From IMG/VR virus record IMGVR_UViG_3300033067_000991, positions 1,338-65,337 of that record: a DNA stretch of 64,000 nucleotides, one strand, 5' to 3'. A model generated the notes under the pieces. The model did no database searches. It saw only the letters and a list, made by a program, of their open reading frames with translations, and had not been told where the DNA came from. Below are positions 25,491-35,346 of the stretch, piece by piece. This stretch comes from a virus. Its lineage: Duplodnaviria > Caudoviricetes. A program made the translations under genes and the position numbers. Position 1 is the stretch's first letter. Every line of letters begins with the position of its first letter.

Positions 25491-28282
25491 TGGTGCGGGC
25501 CGGCGCCGCGCCGGGTGAGAATGTCCGGTAGCAGTTCCAGGCTATCCAACTCGAAGGCCGCGCCATTGCCCTTGATCGTCACCCGCACGTAGTTCCCGGA
25601 CTGGCCGCGGCCCATCCGCAGCTTGCGCAGCGCCAGTTGGTCGGCCGCCGTCATGGTGTAGGTGGTCGTGGTACCGTCATCGGTTTCGACGATCACTTGC
25701 ATGTCGTCGGTGTTGTCGAGCCCGAGATAGGCCGCCTCCAGCCGCTTGCGGTAGGGCGTGCCGAAGGTCTGCGGGCCGGTATCGACGAATGCGGCAATCG
25801 CCGCGCCGTGGTTGGTATCGCCTTCCAACAGGTAAATGCCGTCGTCTGCGGTCGCCAGTAGGCGGGTGCCATCGTGCGCGTAGCTGGTAAACGGCCAGGA
25901 TTCGTACTTGGTTGCCGCCCCGGTGGCCAGGTTGATCGACCAGGCGGAAAAGGCTTCGTTGGCGTCCAGTCGATAGGCGCACTCGAAGCGGCCCAGGATG
26001 GCCGTGTCGGTCCACAGCGCATAGTCGCCATGCGCCAGGCCGTACCGAGTGGCATGCACCTGCACGGCATAGCCGGCGTGCGTCTGAGCCTGCGCCGCCG
26101 CCAGGGCCGCTACCGCATAGCCGGTATCCAGAGCGCCAGTCTGTTGTGTCCAGCCGGTGACGGCATAGGCCGTATCCGTCAGGGCGGTCAGGGCTAGTTG
26201 CCCGTGCGCCAGGGTGTAGCGGGAATCGGTCGCCGCCTGCAGGAACTCGAAGCCGGCCGGCAAGCGGTACTGCACCTGCGCCAGGGCGGCCAGGTTGACA
26301 TACAGGCGAATGCCGTACTGCTGGTCGAGGGTCGCACTGTGCTGCGCAAGAGCGCTGACCGCGTAGGTGGTCGCATCCTGCGCCGCCACCGTGCCGCCCA
26401 CCGCAATGCCGTAATCGGCATGCACGGTTGCGCCAATCGCATCGCGGGTGTCCAGCCCATACTGTTGATCGAACAGGCCATAGATGGTCTGTTCCGGGGT
26501 CAGGCCGTACCCGATATCCCAGACGCCGCCCACCGCCTGATACAGCGCCATGCCGTACTGCTGATCCAGCACTGCGCCCACGGGCTCCAGCGCCGCGAGC
26601 GCGTAACGGGTGGTGTCTTGCGCGAGGAGCGTCGCGCCGATGGTCAGCGCATAATCGGCGTGCGCCTGCGCAGCGACTGTTGTTCGCGCCTCAATTCCAT
26701 ATTGCTGATCGAACAGGCCATAAATGGTCTGCTCAGGCGTCAGCGCGTAATGGGTATGCCACGTGCCGCCCAGCCCGCGATACAGGTCGATGCCGTAGCT
26801 TTCCTGTACCAGCGCCGTCGCCGGTTGCAGCGCCGCCAGGGCGTAGCGGGTCGTGTCGTCGGCTGCAATCGTCGTGCCGATGGCCAGCCCATAGGCGGCG
26901 TCCCAGGCCGAACCCAGCGCCGTGAAGCTGTCCAGGCCATAGCGGTTGTCGGTCAGCGCCTGAGCGGCCTGCTCCGGCACCAGCGCATAGCCGGCGTCCA
27001 GCGTTGCCGCCAAGTCGGTATGCAGGCTGATGCCGTACTGATTGGCCCATTCGCCCAGCAGGCTGGTGAAGACCGGCACGGCATAGGCCGTGTCCGCCGC
27101 CCCCTGGACCGCGACATTCCCGGCCAGCGCGTAATAGCTGGCATCGCTCGCCGTCAGCGCGGCATAGGCTGAGACGGCGAAGGTTTCGCTGACCGTCGCC
27201 TGTACCGCCAGGCGCGGGGTAATGCCGTAATGGGCGCTCCACTCGCCTTGCAGCGGCTGGAACACGCCCAGCCCATAGTCGGCCGTCCACTCGCTCGCCA
27301 GCGGAGCCAGCAGGGCAATCGCGTAATCGGCCTGCCAGGTTGCCGCCAGCGCCTGCGGGATGCTGATGCCGTACTGGCTGGCCCACTCGCCTTGCAAGCC
27401 GCCCGGGGGCAGGGCCACGGCGTAGGTCGTGGCGTCTTCGCCAATCAGTACCTGATAGCCATCCAGGGCATAGCCGGCCCACCAGTCAGACTGGCTGGCC
27501 TGATAGGTCGCCAGCGCGTAGTGGGTGGTGATCTCTGCTTGTACCAGCGCCGCGCCAGCGGCCATGGCAAAGTCGGCATGCGCCTGCCCGGTGACAGTCT
27601 GCCAGGCGCCGAGGGTATAGCCCGCATCCGCGCTCGCCGTCAGGGTGGTGTAGGCGTGTGCGGCATAGTGGGTATCCGCGACCGCTGCAACCAGGTTCGG
27701 CGGGCTGATCTGATACCGCGCCTCGAACTGGGCGCTGCGAGCGTCCCAGGCGTCGAGCCGGTAGGTCGTGATGACCGGGGCCGCCAGCGTTTGATAGGCC
27801 GGCAGGGCATAGCGCGTATCCAGCGCCGCCGTGCCGGCCTGATAGGCGTTGAGCGTGAAGTAGCTGTCCGCCTGCGCGCTCAGGGACGCATAGGCGTTGA
27901 GCGTGAAGAAGGTATCGGCCGCGCCGGCCAGCCCGACATAGGCGTTGAGCGCAAAGTGCGTGTCCGCCTGCGCGGCCAGCGGGGCGTAGATGTCCAGCCC
28001 ATACAGATAGGCGTCGGCGCCGGTCTGCGTCGCCGCCAGGCTCCATTGCTGGCCCAGGGTGTACGTGTCGTAGCTGTACCCGGCCAGCGCCCAGGACTGA
28101 TTGAGGGCGTAAGTGTCGTAGGCATAGACCGCCAGCGCCCAGGACTGATTCAGCGCATGGGTGTCATAGCTGTAGGTCGCCAGCGCCCAGGACTGCTGTA
28201 GCCCGTAACTGTCCTGACCGGCATAGGTAGGCGAACGCGCTGGGGTAACGCCGCCACGTTTGAGGGGGCGTTGCATGGCCAT
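25487..28282 (-). CDS. 931-aa tail protein with ~16-aa Tyr-anchored repeats and conserved C-terminal domain
   Basis: Y(G/A)(L/I) every 16 aa; 240-bp repeat at 26471/26711; C-terminal AWSINL..ATKY..FTSYA..DGIYLLEGD. Confidence 0.85.
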   Translation of the reverse strand: MAMQRPLKRGGVTPARSPTYAGQDSYGLQQSWALATYSYDTHALNQSWALAVYAYDTYALNQSWALAGYSYDTYTLGQQWSLAATQTGADAYLYGLDIYAPLAAQADTHFALNAYVGLAGAADTFFTLNAYASLSAQADSYFTLNAYQAGTAALDTRYALPAYQTLAAPVITTYRLDAWDARSAQFEARYQISPPNLVAAVADTHYAAHAYTTLTASADAGYTLGAWQTVTGQAHADFAMAAGAALVQAEITTHYALATYQASQSDWWAGYALDGYQVLIGEDATTYAVALPPGGLQGEWASQYGISIPQALAATWQADYAIALLAPLASEWTADYGLGVFQPLQGEWSAHYGITPRLAVQATVSETFAVSAYAALTASDASYYALAGNVAVQGAADTAYAVPVFTSLLGEWANQYGISLHTDLAATLDAGYALVPEQAAQALTDNRYGLDSFTALGSAWDAAYGLAIGTTIAADDTTRYALAALQPATALVQESYGIDLYRGLGGTWHTHYALTPEQTIYGLFDQQYGIEARTTVAAQAHADYALTIGATLLAQDTTRYALAALEPVGAVLDQQYGMALYQAVGGVWDIGYGLTPEQTIYGLFDQQYGLDTRDAIGATVHADYGIAVGGTVAAQDATTYAVSALAQHSATLDQQYGIRLYVNLAALAQVQYRLPAGFEFLQAATDSRYTLAHGQLALTALTDTAYAVTGWTQQTGALDTGYAVAALAAAQAQTHAGYAVQVHATRYGLAHGDYALWTDTAILGRFECAYRLDANEAFSAWSINLATGAATKYESWPFTSYAHDGTRLLATADDGIYLLEGDTNHGAAIAAFVDTGPQTFGTPYRKRLEAAYLGLDNTDDMQVIVETDDGTTTTYTMTAADQLALRKLRMGRGQSGNYVRVTIKGNGAAFELDSLELLPDILTRRGAGPHQ

Positions 28283-28291
28283 GCGCTGGGC

Positions 28292-28738
28292 TTACTCGAT
28301 GCAGAACAACTTGCTGATGACGTTCACGTTGGCCGGGGCCGTGCAGACGATGCCAATCCGCCCGCCGCCCGGCACGTCGATTTCCTGGCCCAGCGGGAAG
28401 ATGATTTCAAAGCCGGACTGCGGGTGGACGTTCACTCGGTCCAGCACATCGCCACTGGTCGGTTCCGCCGTGGCAGTATGCTGGGCCGTGGTCTGCAAGG
28501 TTTCGCTATGGTTGCTGAGCTTCACGGCCGTAAGCGCCGACATGGTGCCCGCCGTGCTCTGGCGCATCAGCGTCACCACGACCGGTTCGGCGGTAGTCGA
28601 TACACCATCAAACGCCACGCCCCAGCGATAGACCTTAATTGGGTGATTGGAAGCCGCTACCAGTTGCACGGTGGTTTTCGCGGTAGAGGCAGTTAGAGCG
28701 ACTTCGGCGGTGATAGCGCCAACATTGATTCCGGCCAT
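28292..28738 (-). CDS. Virion structural protein (beta-rich)
   Basis: Late operon position; Thr/Val/Ala-rich. Confidence 0.75.
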   Translation of the reverse strand: MAGINVGAITAEVALTASTAKTTVQLVAASNHPIKVYRWGVAFDGVSTTAEPVVVTLMRQSTAGTMSALTAVKLSNHSETLQTTAQHTATAEPTSGDVLDRVNVHPQSGFEIIFPLGQEIDVPGGGRIGIVCTAPANVNVISKLFCIE

Positions 28739-28740
28739 GG

Positions 28741-29499
28741 TTAAAGCCCCTGTCTATGAATGCGGTTGGTAGAATGGATGGACGCCAATTTTGGCAATGT
28801 CTTGACGCGGTAGAAGTCTTGAATGATTGGATATACTGGAGTGTATCCAGAAGATAGTTCTGAAGTGGGCGGTGTAAATGTGCTGGTATACAGCGCTTCA
28901 TCCTTGGTTATTCTGAAGTCATCTATGTATCCGCTGAAGTCACGGCTTCCGTAAACAAGGCTGGTGCCAATGACAAGCTGCCCAGTGCCGTCTGCGAGGG
29001 CGCCAGAGCCAACCCAGTTTTGATTGGCGTAAGAGGCGTCGCCATCAATGAAGAAATTGTAAGACGTTCCGTCCTTAACTATCGCAACATGATGCCAATT
29101 ACCATCGTTATACCCTGAGTTACTGTAACGATAAGGCACTGCCGCATTGTATGGATACCATACCACTCGGCCATCACTGCCAGATAAATTTATAACGAGA
29201 TCATGGCCATTGCCGCCCTCATCGTTAGACCATAACGTAGCAGCAGCTACTGTGGTTGTGGTTTTGAACCATAATTCCCACGTAAACCGCGTGATATTTA
29301 TATCGAAATCATTCGAGTCTGGTATGGTCAAGTAGTCGCCAGTGCCATCGAACGCTGCCGCTGCTGTTCCATATTTTGCGTTTGCCGTGCTGAGTTGCGC
29401 ATTTCCGTGTGCGGTGACGGTATGCGCGGATACAGAAGAATCCGTAAAGACTTGGCTGCCATCCGTGCCATTGCAGTTCAGCATGAGCAAGCAGGTCAT
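28741..29499 (-). CDS. LamG/concanavalin-A-like tail protein
   Basis: AAAFDGTGDYL, FTWELWFK, DGNWHHVAIVK, FSGYIDDFRIT; AT-rich core. Confidence 0.88.
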   Translation of the reverse strand: MTCLLMLNCNGTDGSQVFTDSSVSAHTVTAHGNAQLSTANAKYGTAAAAFDGTGDYLTIPDSNDFDINITRFTWELWFKTTTTVAAATLWSNDEGGNGHDLVINLSGSDGRVVWYPYNAAVPYRYSNSGYNDGNWHHVAIVKDGTSYNFFIDGDASYANQNWVGSGALADGTGQLVIGTSLVYGSRDFSGYIDDFRITKDEALYTSTFTPPTSELSSGYTPVYPIIQDFYRVKTLPKLASIHSTNRIHRQGL

Positions 29500-30281
29500 C
29501 AGTACGCCCCACTGACAATCAGACTCGACGCATCCGCGCTCACGGCCGGCGTGGTTGCCGCCGCGACGGTGCGCCGCTGCCAGACGGCGTAGTAATCACC
29601 CGCGGCCAAAGTGCCGATGACCAGCGCCGCGCCCAGGGTGGTCGGCGCCGTGAAGGTCACGGCCGGACTGGGGGCGGTCGTCTCGTCCACGATGGTGTCC
29701 GCCGTGCCGTTCTTGCCGGCCAGGTCCAGGCCCAGCGCAATCGTGTCATCGCCCCCGGACGGCTGCGCGCCGATGTAAATCTTCACATCGAGCAGGTCTG
29801 CCGAGGCGTGGGCGTTGTAGACGTAGAAGCAGCGGTACTCGGTATCGCCGGCCAGGCTCTCGGCCGGCGTGATGTCGTCGAACAACTTATTGCTGGCCGC
29901 CGACACGGCTACCGTGTCCGAGGTATTGCCGCCCGGCAAGCTGCTGGCAACCACGCTGATATGCAGCCTCCCGCCCGCCGAATCCTGCAGGATGTACCGG
30001 CCATCCGTGCCGATGTTGACCGCCGACCCGGCAGACGCCCCGTTGCCGGCCCAGGTCGCCGTAGTGCCGCTGGCGGTAAAGGCCAGGGTGCCGTTCCCGA
30101 TGGCCGAACCCGGCGCATCCAGAATCGTTACGCCGGTCGTGTTGTTCGGGGTCGTGTCGCCCACCGTCCGCCCGATGATGCGGCCAGCCGGGTCGGTGGA
30201 CATGGCCCCGCCCAGGCTGGCCGTGGGGTCGGTGTTGGTCGCCCCGCCCGACAGGCGGTATTCGAGATACGCCAGGTTCAT
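29499..30281 (-). CDS. Tail structural protein, paralogue of 30285-31274
   Basis: Shared LSGG.TNT.P.AS.GGA.S and DD....ES.AG.TEYRC motifs. Confidence 0.8.
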   Translation of the reverse strand: MNLAYLEYRLSGGATNTDPTASLGGAMSTDPAGRIIGRTVGDTTPNNTTGVTILDAPGSAIGNGTLAFTASGTTATWAGNGASAGSAVNIGTDGRYILQDSAGGRLHISVVASSLPGGNTSDTVAVSAASNKLFDDITPAESLAGDTEYRCFYVYNAHASADLLDVKIYIGAQPSGGDDTIALGLDLAGKNGTADTIVDETTAPSPAVTFTAPTTLGAALVIGTLAAGDYYAVWQRRTVAAATTPAVSADASSLIVSGAY

Positions 30282-30284
30282 GGG

Positions 30285-31274
30285 TTACACCTTGCAGCTA
30301 AAGCCCAGCTTGTAGTAGTTGCTGGCCGTGGCCACAGTCACGCCCGGCGGCACGACGCGCTTGATCCAGACGCCCTGATAAGCGCCCGCGGCCATGTCGC
30401 CAATCGTCAAGGGCGAGGCCGAAGACGGGGTGGTGAAGGTCACGCCAGTAGGCGCAAAGGTTTCGCTCGATACCGTGCCGCCCGAAGTGTAGGAGCCCGG
30501 ATCGCTGACGATGGCCACGCTGAAGGTATTGGTCGCGACTGCAGTAACGACAAACGTAGCGTTGGCGGGCGTGTCGTAGTTGCTAGGGGTAACGCCCGCA
30601 ACCACCACATTCGCGCCGACCGGGATGCCATGCGCGGTACAGGTAAACACGGCGGTGCCGCCGGACCAGGTAGCGCCGGTAATGGATTTGGTCAGCGGCG
30701 TAGCGGTGACGGACATGCCGCCATCGTCGAGGCCAATCGATACCGCATCCTGTCCCGGGGTGTTCTCGGCGATCCAGAGCTTGAAATCCACCAGAGGGTC
30801 GGTGCCGTGCGTGTTCTTGAAGTACTCGCAGCGGTATTCGGTGGTGCCGGCATTGGATTCGGCCTTGCTCACGTCATCCCACAACTGGTTGGCCAGGGCC
30901 GAGATCGTCACCTGATCGCTGACGTTGCCGCCCGGGATGGACGCGGCTACGACCGTCACGGCCAATGCCCCGCCATTGCTCGGTCCCTGAATGGCATAGG
31001 TGCCAGATACCGAGATATCGACGGCGGTTCCGGACGTGCTATTGGGCGGCGCCCAGGTCAGGGTCTTGGCGGTGCCGTTGTAGGACAGGGTGCCGGTCCC
31101 CAGGGCGTTGCCGAAGGCATCGTCGATGGTGACGCCGGTGATGAGTGACGTGACGCGGGTAGCGGTCTGGTTCTTGATTTGCGTCGAGGAAATGGCCCCG
31201 CCAATGCTCGCGGCCGGCGCGGTATTGGTCGAGCCACCCGACAGGTAGCGTTTGATATCAGCGAGATTAGCCAT
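30285..31274 (-). CDS. Tail structural protein, paralogue of 29499-30281 with a ~70-aa inserted beta module
   Basis: Same motifs plus ITGATWSGGTAVFTCTAHGIPVGANVVVAGV insert. Confidence 0.8.
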   Translation of the reverse strand: MANLADIKRYLSGGSTNTAPAASIGGAISSTQIKNQTATRVTSLITGVTIDDAFGNALGTGTLSYNGTAKTLTWAPPNSTSGTAVDISVSGTYAIQGPSNGGALAVTVVAASIPGGNVSDQVTISALANQLWDDVSKAESNAGTTEYRCEYFKNTHGTDPLVDFKLWIAENTPGQDAVSIGLDDGGMSVTATPLTKSITGATWSGGTAVFTCTAHGIPVGANVVVAGVTPSNYDTPANATFVVTAVATNTFSVAIVSDPGSYTSGGTVSSETFAPTGVTFTTPSSASPLTIGDMAAGAYQGVWIKRVVPPGVTVATASNYYKLGFSCKV

Positions 31275-31344
31275 GGTAATGTCCTGCTGGTTGGGAGTGG
31301 GCTGCCATCACGGCAGGCCGGAAAAGTCCGCCGAAGCGGGGTAC

Positions 31345-32583
31345 TTAGAAAGGCTGGCCCTTGCGCGCAATCTCGCGGGCAACCCATTCGGTATTCATCA
31401 GGGGATTGTTGGTGCAGCCCCACAGCGACAGCACTAAATGCCGTTCGCCGTTGGTTTCACGCACCACCGCGGCGCCCTGTGCGGCCTGCGGTAACGCCAA
31501 GTTGGCATCAGTCAGATTCTCGGCCTGGCCGCTGGGCAAGCCGCGCATCAAGCCGCGCGTGCCCAGCCAGAAGCCGCCCGGCCACAGCGGGTCATTCACC
31601 ACAGTGCCGGGCACCCCGCCATGGTAGGCAATGCCCCGCCGCGCCGGCGGCCCATCGCCATCCGGCGGCGTCATGAACCAGGTTGCGGTACTGGTCGCCA
31701 CGTACACGCCATCCGTCACGGGTAGCAGGCCGGTAATCGGCGCCTCGAACAACAAGCCGTCCAGGCTCTCCATCAAGTGCGGGTTGAACGGGCTGGTGCA
31801 ATACACCACCTGCTCACGCGCCCCGTACAAGCGCCCGCCCTGGCTGGCCAGGCGCGTCACCGGCGGCATGGCGGCCATGAATTGTGTCGCCAGTGGCACC
31901 GTGCGCTGACCGGCTTCGAGGATGACCGCCGTGGTGTAGGCCGGATAATCATCATCCCAATACAACTCGGTCCCGTCCGCCGCAGACAGGTACACGCTGA
32001 CCGTATCCACGCCAGCCGGCGGGGCCGGAAACTCACTGAGCATAATGCCGCCGCCCTCGGGGACCGTGACACTGGCCGCCAAGGGCGTTCCGGATTCGAT
32101 GCCTTGACTGCTCCAGGTCAGCGCCACTTGATACACGCCCGCCGCCAGCCCCCCCGTCGGCAGCGCCAATAGGTCAGGCTGTTGGGGCGGAGTCGGCGTA
32201 CCCCACGGCCGCAGAGCGCCAGCCGCCCACGCGGCAGAGCGCAGGCCGTTGGACAGAAACACCGCATCGCCATGCCGAACGTAGACTGTTGGCGCATCGC
32301 CCCAGCCCGCATCGAGCACGGTTGCCGTCGAGCCGGTCAGTTGCTTGAGTTGGCCCTGCGCCACATACAGCGTTACTTCGGCATCGGCATGCAGCGAATG
32401 CGCTCCCGCATCGCTCACCAGCCGGGTATAGCCGGGCCGCCGCACCAGCTTGCCGGACTGCCGAACATCGACATTGACCGCCTGCCGACACGCGCCGGCC
32501 GGCAAGGCGAACGGCGCCGCCCGGTTGTTGACCCCGGCGGGCCAGCCGTCAAGCCGCAGGCTGGGCGGGGGCTTGCTGGCCAT
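31345..32583 (-). CDS. Probable tail/nozzle protein
   Basis: Start re-called to ATG 32583 (MASKPP..WPAGVNNR); conserved-looking NVD....GKL.RRPGY. Confidence 0.75.
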   Translation of the reverse strand: MASKPPPSLRLDGWPAGVNNRAAPFALPAGACRQAVNVDVRQSGKLVRRPGYTRLVSDAGAHSLHADAEVTLYVAQGQLKQLTGSTATVLDAGWGDAPTVYVRHGDAVFLSNGLRSAAWAAGALRPWGTPTPPQQPDLLALPTGGLAAGVYQVALTWSSQGIESGTPLAASVTVPEGGGIMLSEFPAPPAGVDTVSVYLSAADGTELYWDDDYPAYTTAVILEAGQRTVPLATQFMAAMPPVTRLASQGGRLYGAREQVVYCTSPFNPHLMESLDGLLFEAPITGLLPVTDGVYVATSTATWFMTPPDGDGPPARRGIAYHGGVPGTVVNDPLWPGGFWLGTRGLMRGLPSGQAENLTDANLALPQAAQGAAVVRETNGERHLVLSLWGCTNNPLMNTEWVAREIARKGQPF

Positions 32584-32809
32584 TGGCTTGCTGCTGCGCC
32601 AGGCTCTCGGCACTCAGATTGGCTGCGCGGATTTGGTCGGCCACCATCATCTTGGTTGCCTCCAGCAGGCCCATCACCTTCAACCGACTCAACGGCTGCT
32701 CGGTGCCAGCGCCGATAAAATGCGCCCCACCGTCATTGTCCAGCCAGCACACCAGTGCCACTTGCGCGGCATTGATCTGGGCGGTCAGTTCGTCATTCAT
32801 CAAACTCAT
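32549..32809 (-). CDS. Hypothetical protein
   Basis: ATGA overlap with the upstream gene. Confidence 0.55.
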   Translation of the reverse strand: MSLMNDELTAQINAAQVALVCWLDNDGGAHFIGAGTEQPLSRLKVMGLLEATKMMVADQIRAANLSAESLAQQQANGQQAPAQPAA

Positions 32810-32997
32810 GCGTCGTGGTTCCTCTGTTGCGATTCATACTGGCATTGACAAGGCAGACAACGGACGGCATACGGCACGGCCTGCAACCGCTCCACCGCTA
32901 TCAACGCTCCACACACGCGGCAGGCCCGGAGCCGGATGGTCGGGCGGGGGCGGGTTGCGGGCGCGCTGTTCGGGGGGGGGCGGGTCGTAGTTGTCAT
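32806..32997 (-). CDS. TraR/DksA-type C4 zinc-finger protein
   Basis: CRVCGALIAVERLQAVPYAVRCLPCQ. Confidence 0.85.
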   Translation of the reverse strand: MTTTTRPPPNSAPATRPRPTIRLRACRVCGALIAVERLQAVPYAVRCLPCQCQYESQQRNHDA

Positions 32998-33120
32998 AGA
33001 TCGCTTCCAGTTGCCGGATTTCCTGAGCTAGGAACCGTCCATCGCCGACGACCCGATTAACCGCCACAATCACCAGCAGGCCCATGCCCACGCCGACCAC
33101 GGCCAGCGCGAGATAGTCGA

Positions 33121-33354
33121 TCAGCGCCAGTGCTCGCGCGCCCAGTCGATGGCCTGAGCGATCACGCCCACGCCAGCGATAGTCACGGCCGCGGCCCAGC
33201 GTAAAACCATCAGAGCGGTATCCCATTTGTCTGCCGACCTCTCCAGTTTTTCGACACGTTCCACGAGCGGCTGCACGGTGTATCTCATTTCCTCCCGTAG
33301 CAGCTCGCGGATTTCCAGTTGAGCCTGACGGCGCTCTTGCCCATCCCAAGACAT
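33121..33354 (-). CDS. Small membrane protein (holin/antiholin-like)
   Basis: WDGQERR N-terminus, coiled segment, one C-terminal hydrophobic helix. Confidence 0.65.
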   Translation of the reverse strand: MSWDGQERRQAQLEIRELLREEMRYTVQPLVERVEKLERSADKWDTALMVLRWAAAVTIAGVGVIAQAIDWAREHWR

Positions 33355-33469
33355 TCACCCTCCCATCCATAAGCGCAGTCCAGTCCGGCCCCTATCTCTA
33401 GCCCCTTCTGCAGGTCGCCTACCGTCTCCGGCCGTTCCGGCAGACTCAGCCGGGCGACCGGCTGGCAGC

Positions 33470-33748
33470 TTAGTGAGCATCCCGCAAGCAGGAGCGCGTA
33501 TCCGCATACGCTTGCAAAAATTCCAACCCATCCATGGCCGCGTACTGGTCTGCGCCGTTGATGTAGATCAACATGCGCTGGGGAATCGGCATGGGCGGCG
33601 CGCATGGCTTTCCGGATGTGGGAGGCGGGGCAACCTTAACTTTCCGGATTTGCTCAAACAGCGGAGTAAGCTGCGGCGCGGTGACTTGGTGCTCGACAGT
33701 CGGTGTGCATGACGCCAGAGCCAATAGCCCGATAAAAACCAGATTCAT
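33470..33748 (-). CDS. Lipoprotein (possible o-spanin-like)
   Basis: Lipobox LASC at residues 11-14; Pro-rich; lysis region. Confidence 0.6.
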   Translation of the reverse strand: MNLVFIGLLALASCTPTVEHQVTAPQLTPLFEQIRKVKVAPPPTSGKPCAPPMPIPQRMLIYINGADQYAAMDGLEFLQAYADTRSCLRDAH

Positions 33749-34485
33749 GCCGCGACCTCACTGAGCAAGTCCGGTTGCTCAGGCCGGGCGGGCGCCTGGA
33801 CCGGCGTTACGAACATATCCGCCTGTTGCTGCGCCTGCTCGATGCGGCGGCAAGCGATGTCGAAATACTTCGGCTCCTTCTCGACGCCGATGAACTGCCG
33901 CCCCATCTGCATGGCGGCCACGCCGGTTGTGCCAGAGCCCATGAAGGGGTCGAGGATGGTGAGCGGATAGCCGGCCTGGTCGATGCACCAGCGCATGAGG
34001 GCTACAGGCTTTTGTGTGGGGTGATATCTTATAACCCGGTCTGCAAACAGCTTATTATTTGATAATACAAATTTTTTTGGGGTCTTTTGGGGTAGGTTTG
34101 TCCACGCCAATTCGCCGTCGCCATACGACGGCATGGTCTGGCATTTATCCCACCAAAGCCATCGACCGCTAACAGGTAAGTAGTCTGAAAAGTAATTTCC
34201 GCCCCACAAAATAACGATACGGCCTGCTGCAATGCTGGCGTTGATTATCTCTCGGCTAGGACGATTTTTATCCCATACACTATCTGGGAAATATGCCCTC
34301 TCGTATGATCTGCCGCCCTTAAACGGAATTGCGCCTTTTTTGCCTCTATCCGCGCCAATCCCATACGGTGGGTCAGCAATCACCGCATCCACCTTGGGTA
34401 GGGTCGGCAATATCTCCAGGCAGTCGCCCAGGTACAGCGTGGCATTGCCGATGATGACGGGCGCTACCACGGCACCACCCGCCAA
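33745..34485 (-). CDS. DNA N6A/N4C methyltransferase (beta class) no. 1
   Basis: GDCLE, DPPYG, HPTQKP, LDPFMGSGTTG; exact start uncertain. Confidence 0.95.
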   Translation of the reverse strand: MAGGAVVAPVIIGNATLYLGDCLEILPTLPKVDAVIADPPYGIGADRGKKGAIPFKGGRSYERAYFPDSVWDKNRPSREIINASIAAGRIVILWGGNYFSDYLPVSGRWLWWDKCQTMPSYGDGELAWTNLPQKTPKKFVLSNNKLFADRVIRYHPTQKPVALMRWCIDQAGYPLTILDPFMGSGTTGVAAMQMGRQFIGVEKEPKYFDIACRRIEQAQQQADMFVTPVQAPARPEQPDLLSEVAA

Positions 34486-34560
34486 AACACCATCGCGAAT
34501 TCGACCGCCAGCGCCACGAGCAACACCACCACCGTCGGCGTGGTCGGGTCGGGCGGGTCG

Positions 34561-34995
34561 TCAGGTTCCCGTCGCATACAACTTCCGCTCTGAGTTACGA
34601 CGCCGCACCAGTCCGCGCAGGGTCTTGCCGCCGGCCTTGACCCACAACATGAACGCGGCACCTGCCAGGCGATAGCGGCCTTTCTTGTGCTCGCGGAGCA
34701 CCGTGGACCGCGCGAAGGCGCCTAACCCAATGTTGTAGGCCAGTGAGACCATCGCGCTGAACTGGTTTTCGGTTGTCTGGGCGCCGCCTAGCCGCGCCAC
34801 AACGCCCTCCTCGAACTCTGCAATATCGAGGTCGAAGAGCCTGTCAGCCTGCGCCTGGGTAATCACCAGCCCGGGCCGGACCCCGATGGTGTGCCCCCAG
34901 CCTATAGTCCAGATGCCGACAGCGTCCCGGTAGGCGTGTAAGCGGCAAGATTCAAAGCTCTTGATCAGCGCCTTGCCGGCCTCGTTCGTTTTCAC
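34561..34995 (-). CDS. Endolysin, GH24 phage lysozyme
   Basis: ESCRLHAYRDAVGIWTIGWGHT catalytic motif; GLVRRRNSER. Confidence 0.96.
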   Translation of the reverse strand: MKTNEAGKALIKSFESCRLHAYRDAVGIWTIGWGHTIGVRPGLVITQAQADRLFDLDIAEFEEGVVARLGGAQTTENQFSAMVSLAYNIGLGAFARSTVLREHKKGRYRLAGAAFMLWVKAGGKTLRGLVRRRNSERKLYATGT

Positions 34996-35276
34996 CGCCG
35001 TCCCTCATCGAGCACTTGGGACAGCGTGTCGAGTTTTTCCTTGATCTCTTGACCCTCTTCCGGGGCCAGCCCGCTGCCCTTGGTGCGCCAGTTGATGACC
35101 GCCATGACGATGCAGAACACGACGAAAGCACCCAGTCGGTATTCCTCGCTCTCAAACCCTGAGATAACCGGGACAATGACAGCGAACAGGCCCCACATGG
35201 CGGCCTGCGCATTCCCCGCAGAATTCGAGGAAATGCCCGTCATCAGTTTGGCCAACAACGCCTTGATCATGTCCAT
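34992..35276 (-). CDS. Holin-like membrane protein
   Basis: Two hydrophobic helices and a charged C-terminus, directly upstream of the lysozyme. Confidence 0.7.
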   Translation of the reverse strand: MDMIKALLAKLMTGISSNSAGNAQAAMWGLFAVIVPVISGFESEEYRLGAFVVFCIVMAVINWRTKGSGLAPEEGQEIKEKLDTLSQVLDEGRR

Positions 35277-35346
35277 CCGTGCAATCTCCGAAATGTTTGC
35301 TTCAACAGTTTACGGCTCATTCGCTGCAGGGCTGCTCGCGAACAAC

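Noticed and set aside
33285-33605. Overlapping LAGC-lipobox frame as an Rz1-type o-spanin
   Set aside because: No credible start codon or SD just upstream of the lipobox; left uncalled
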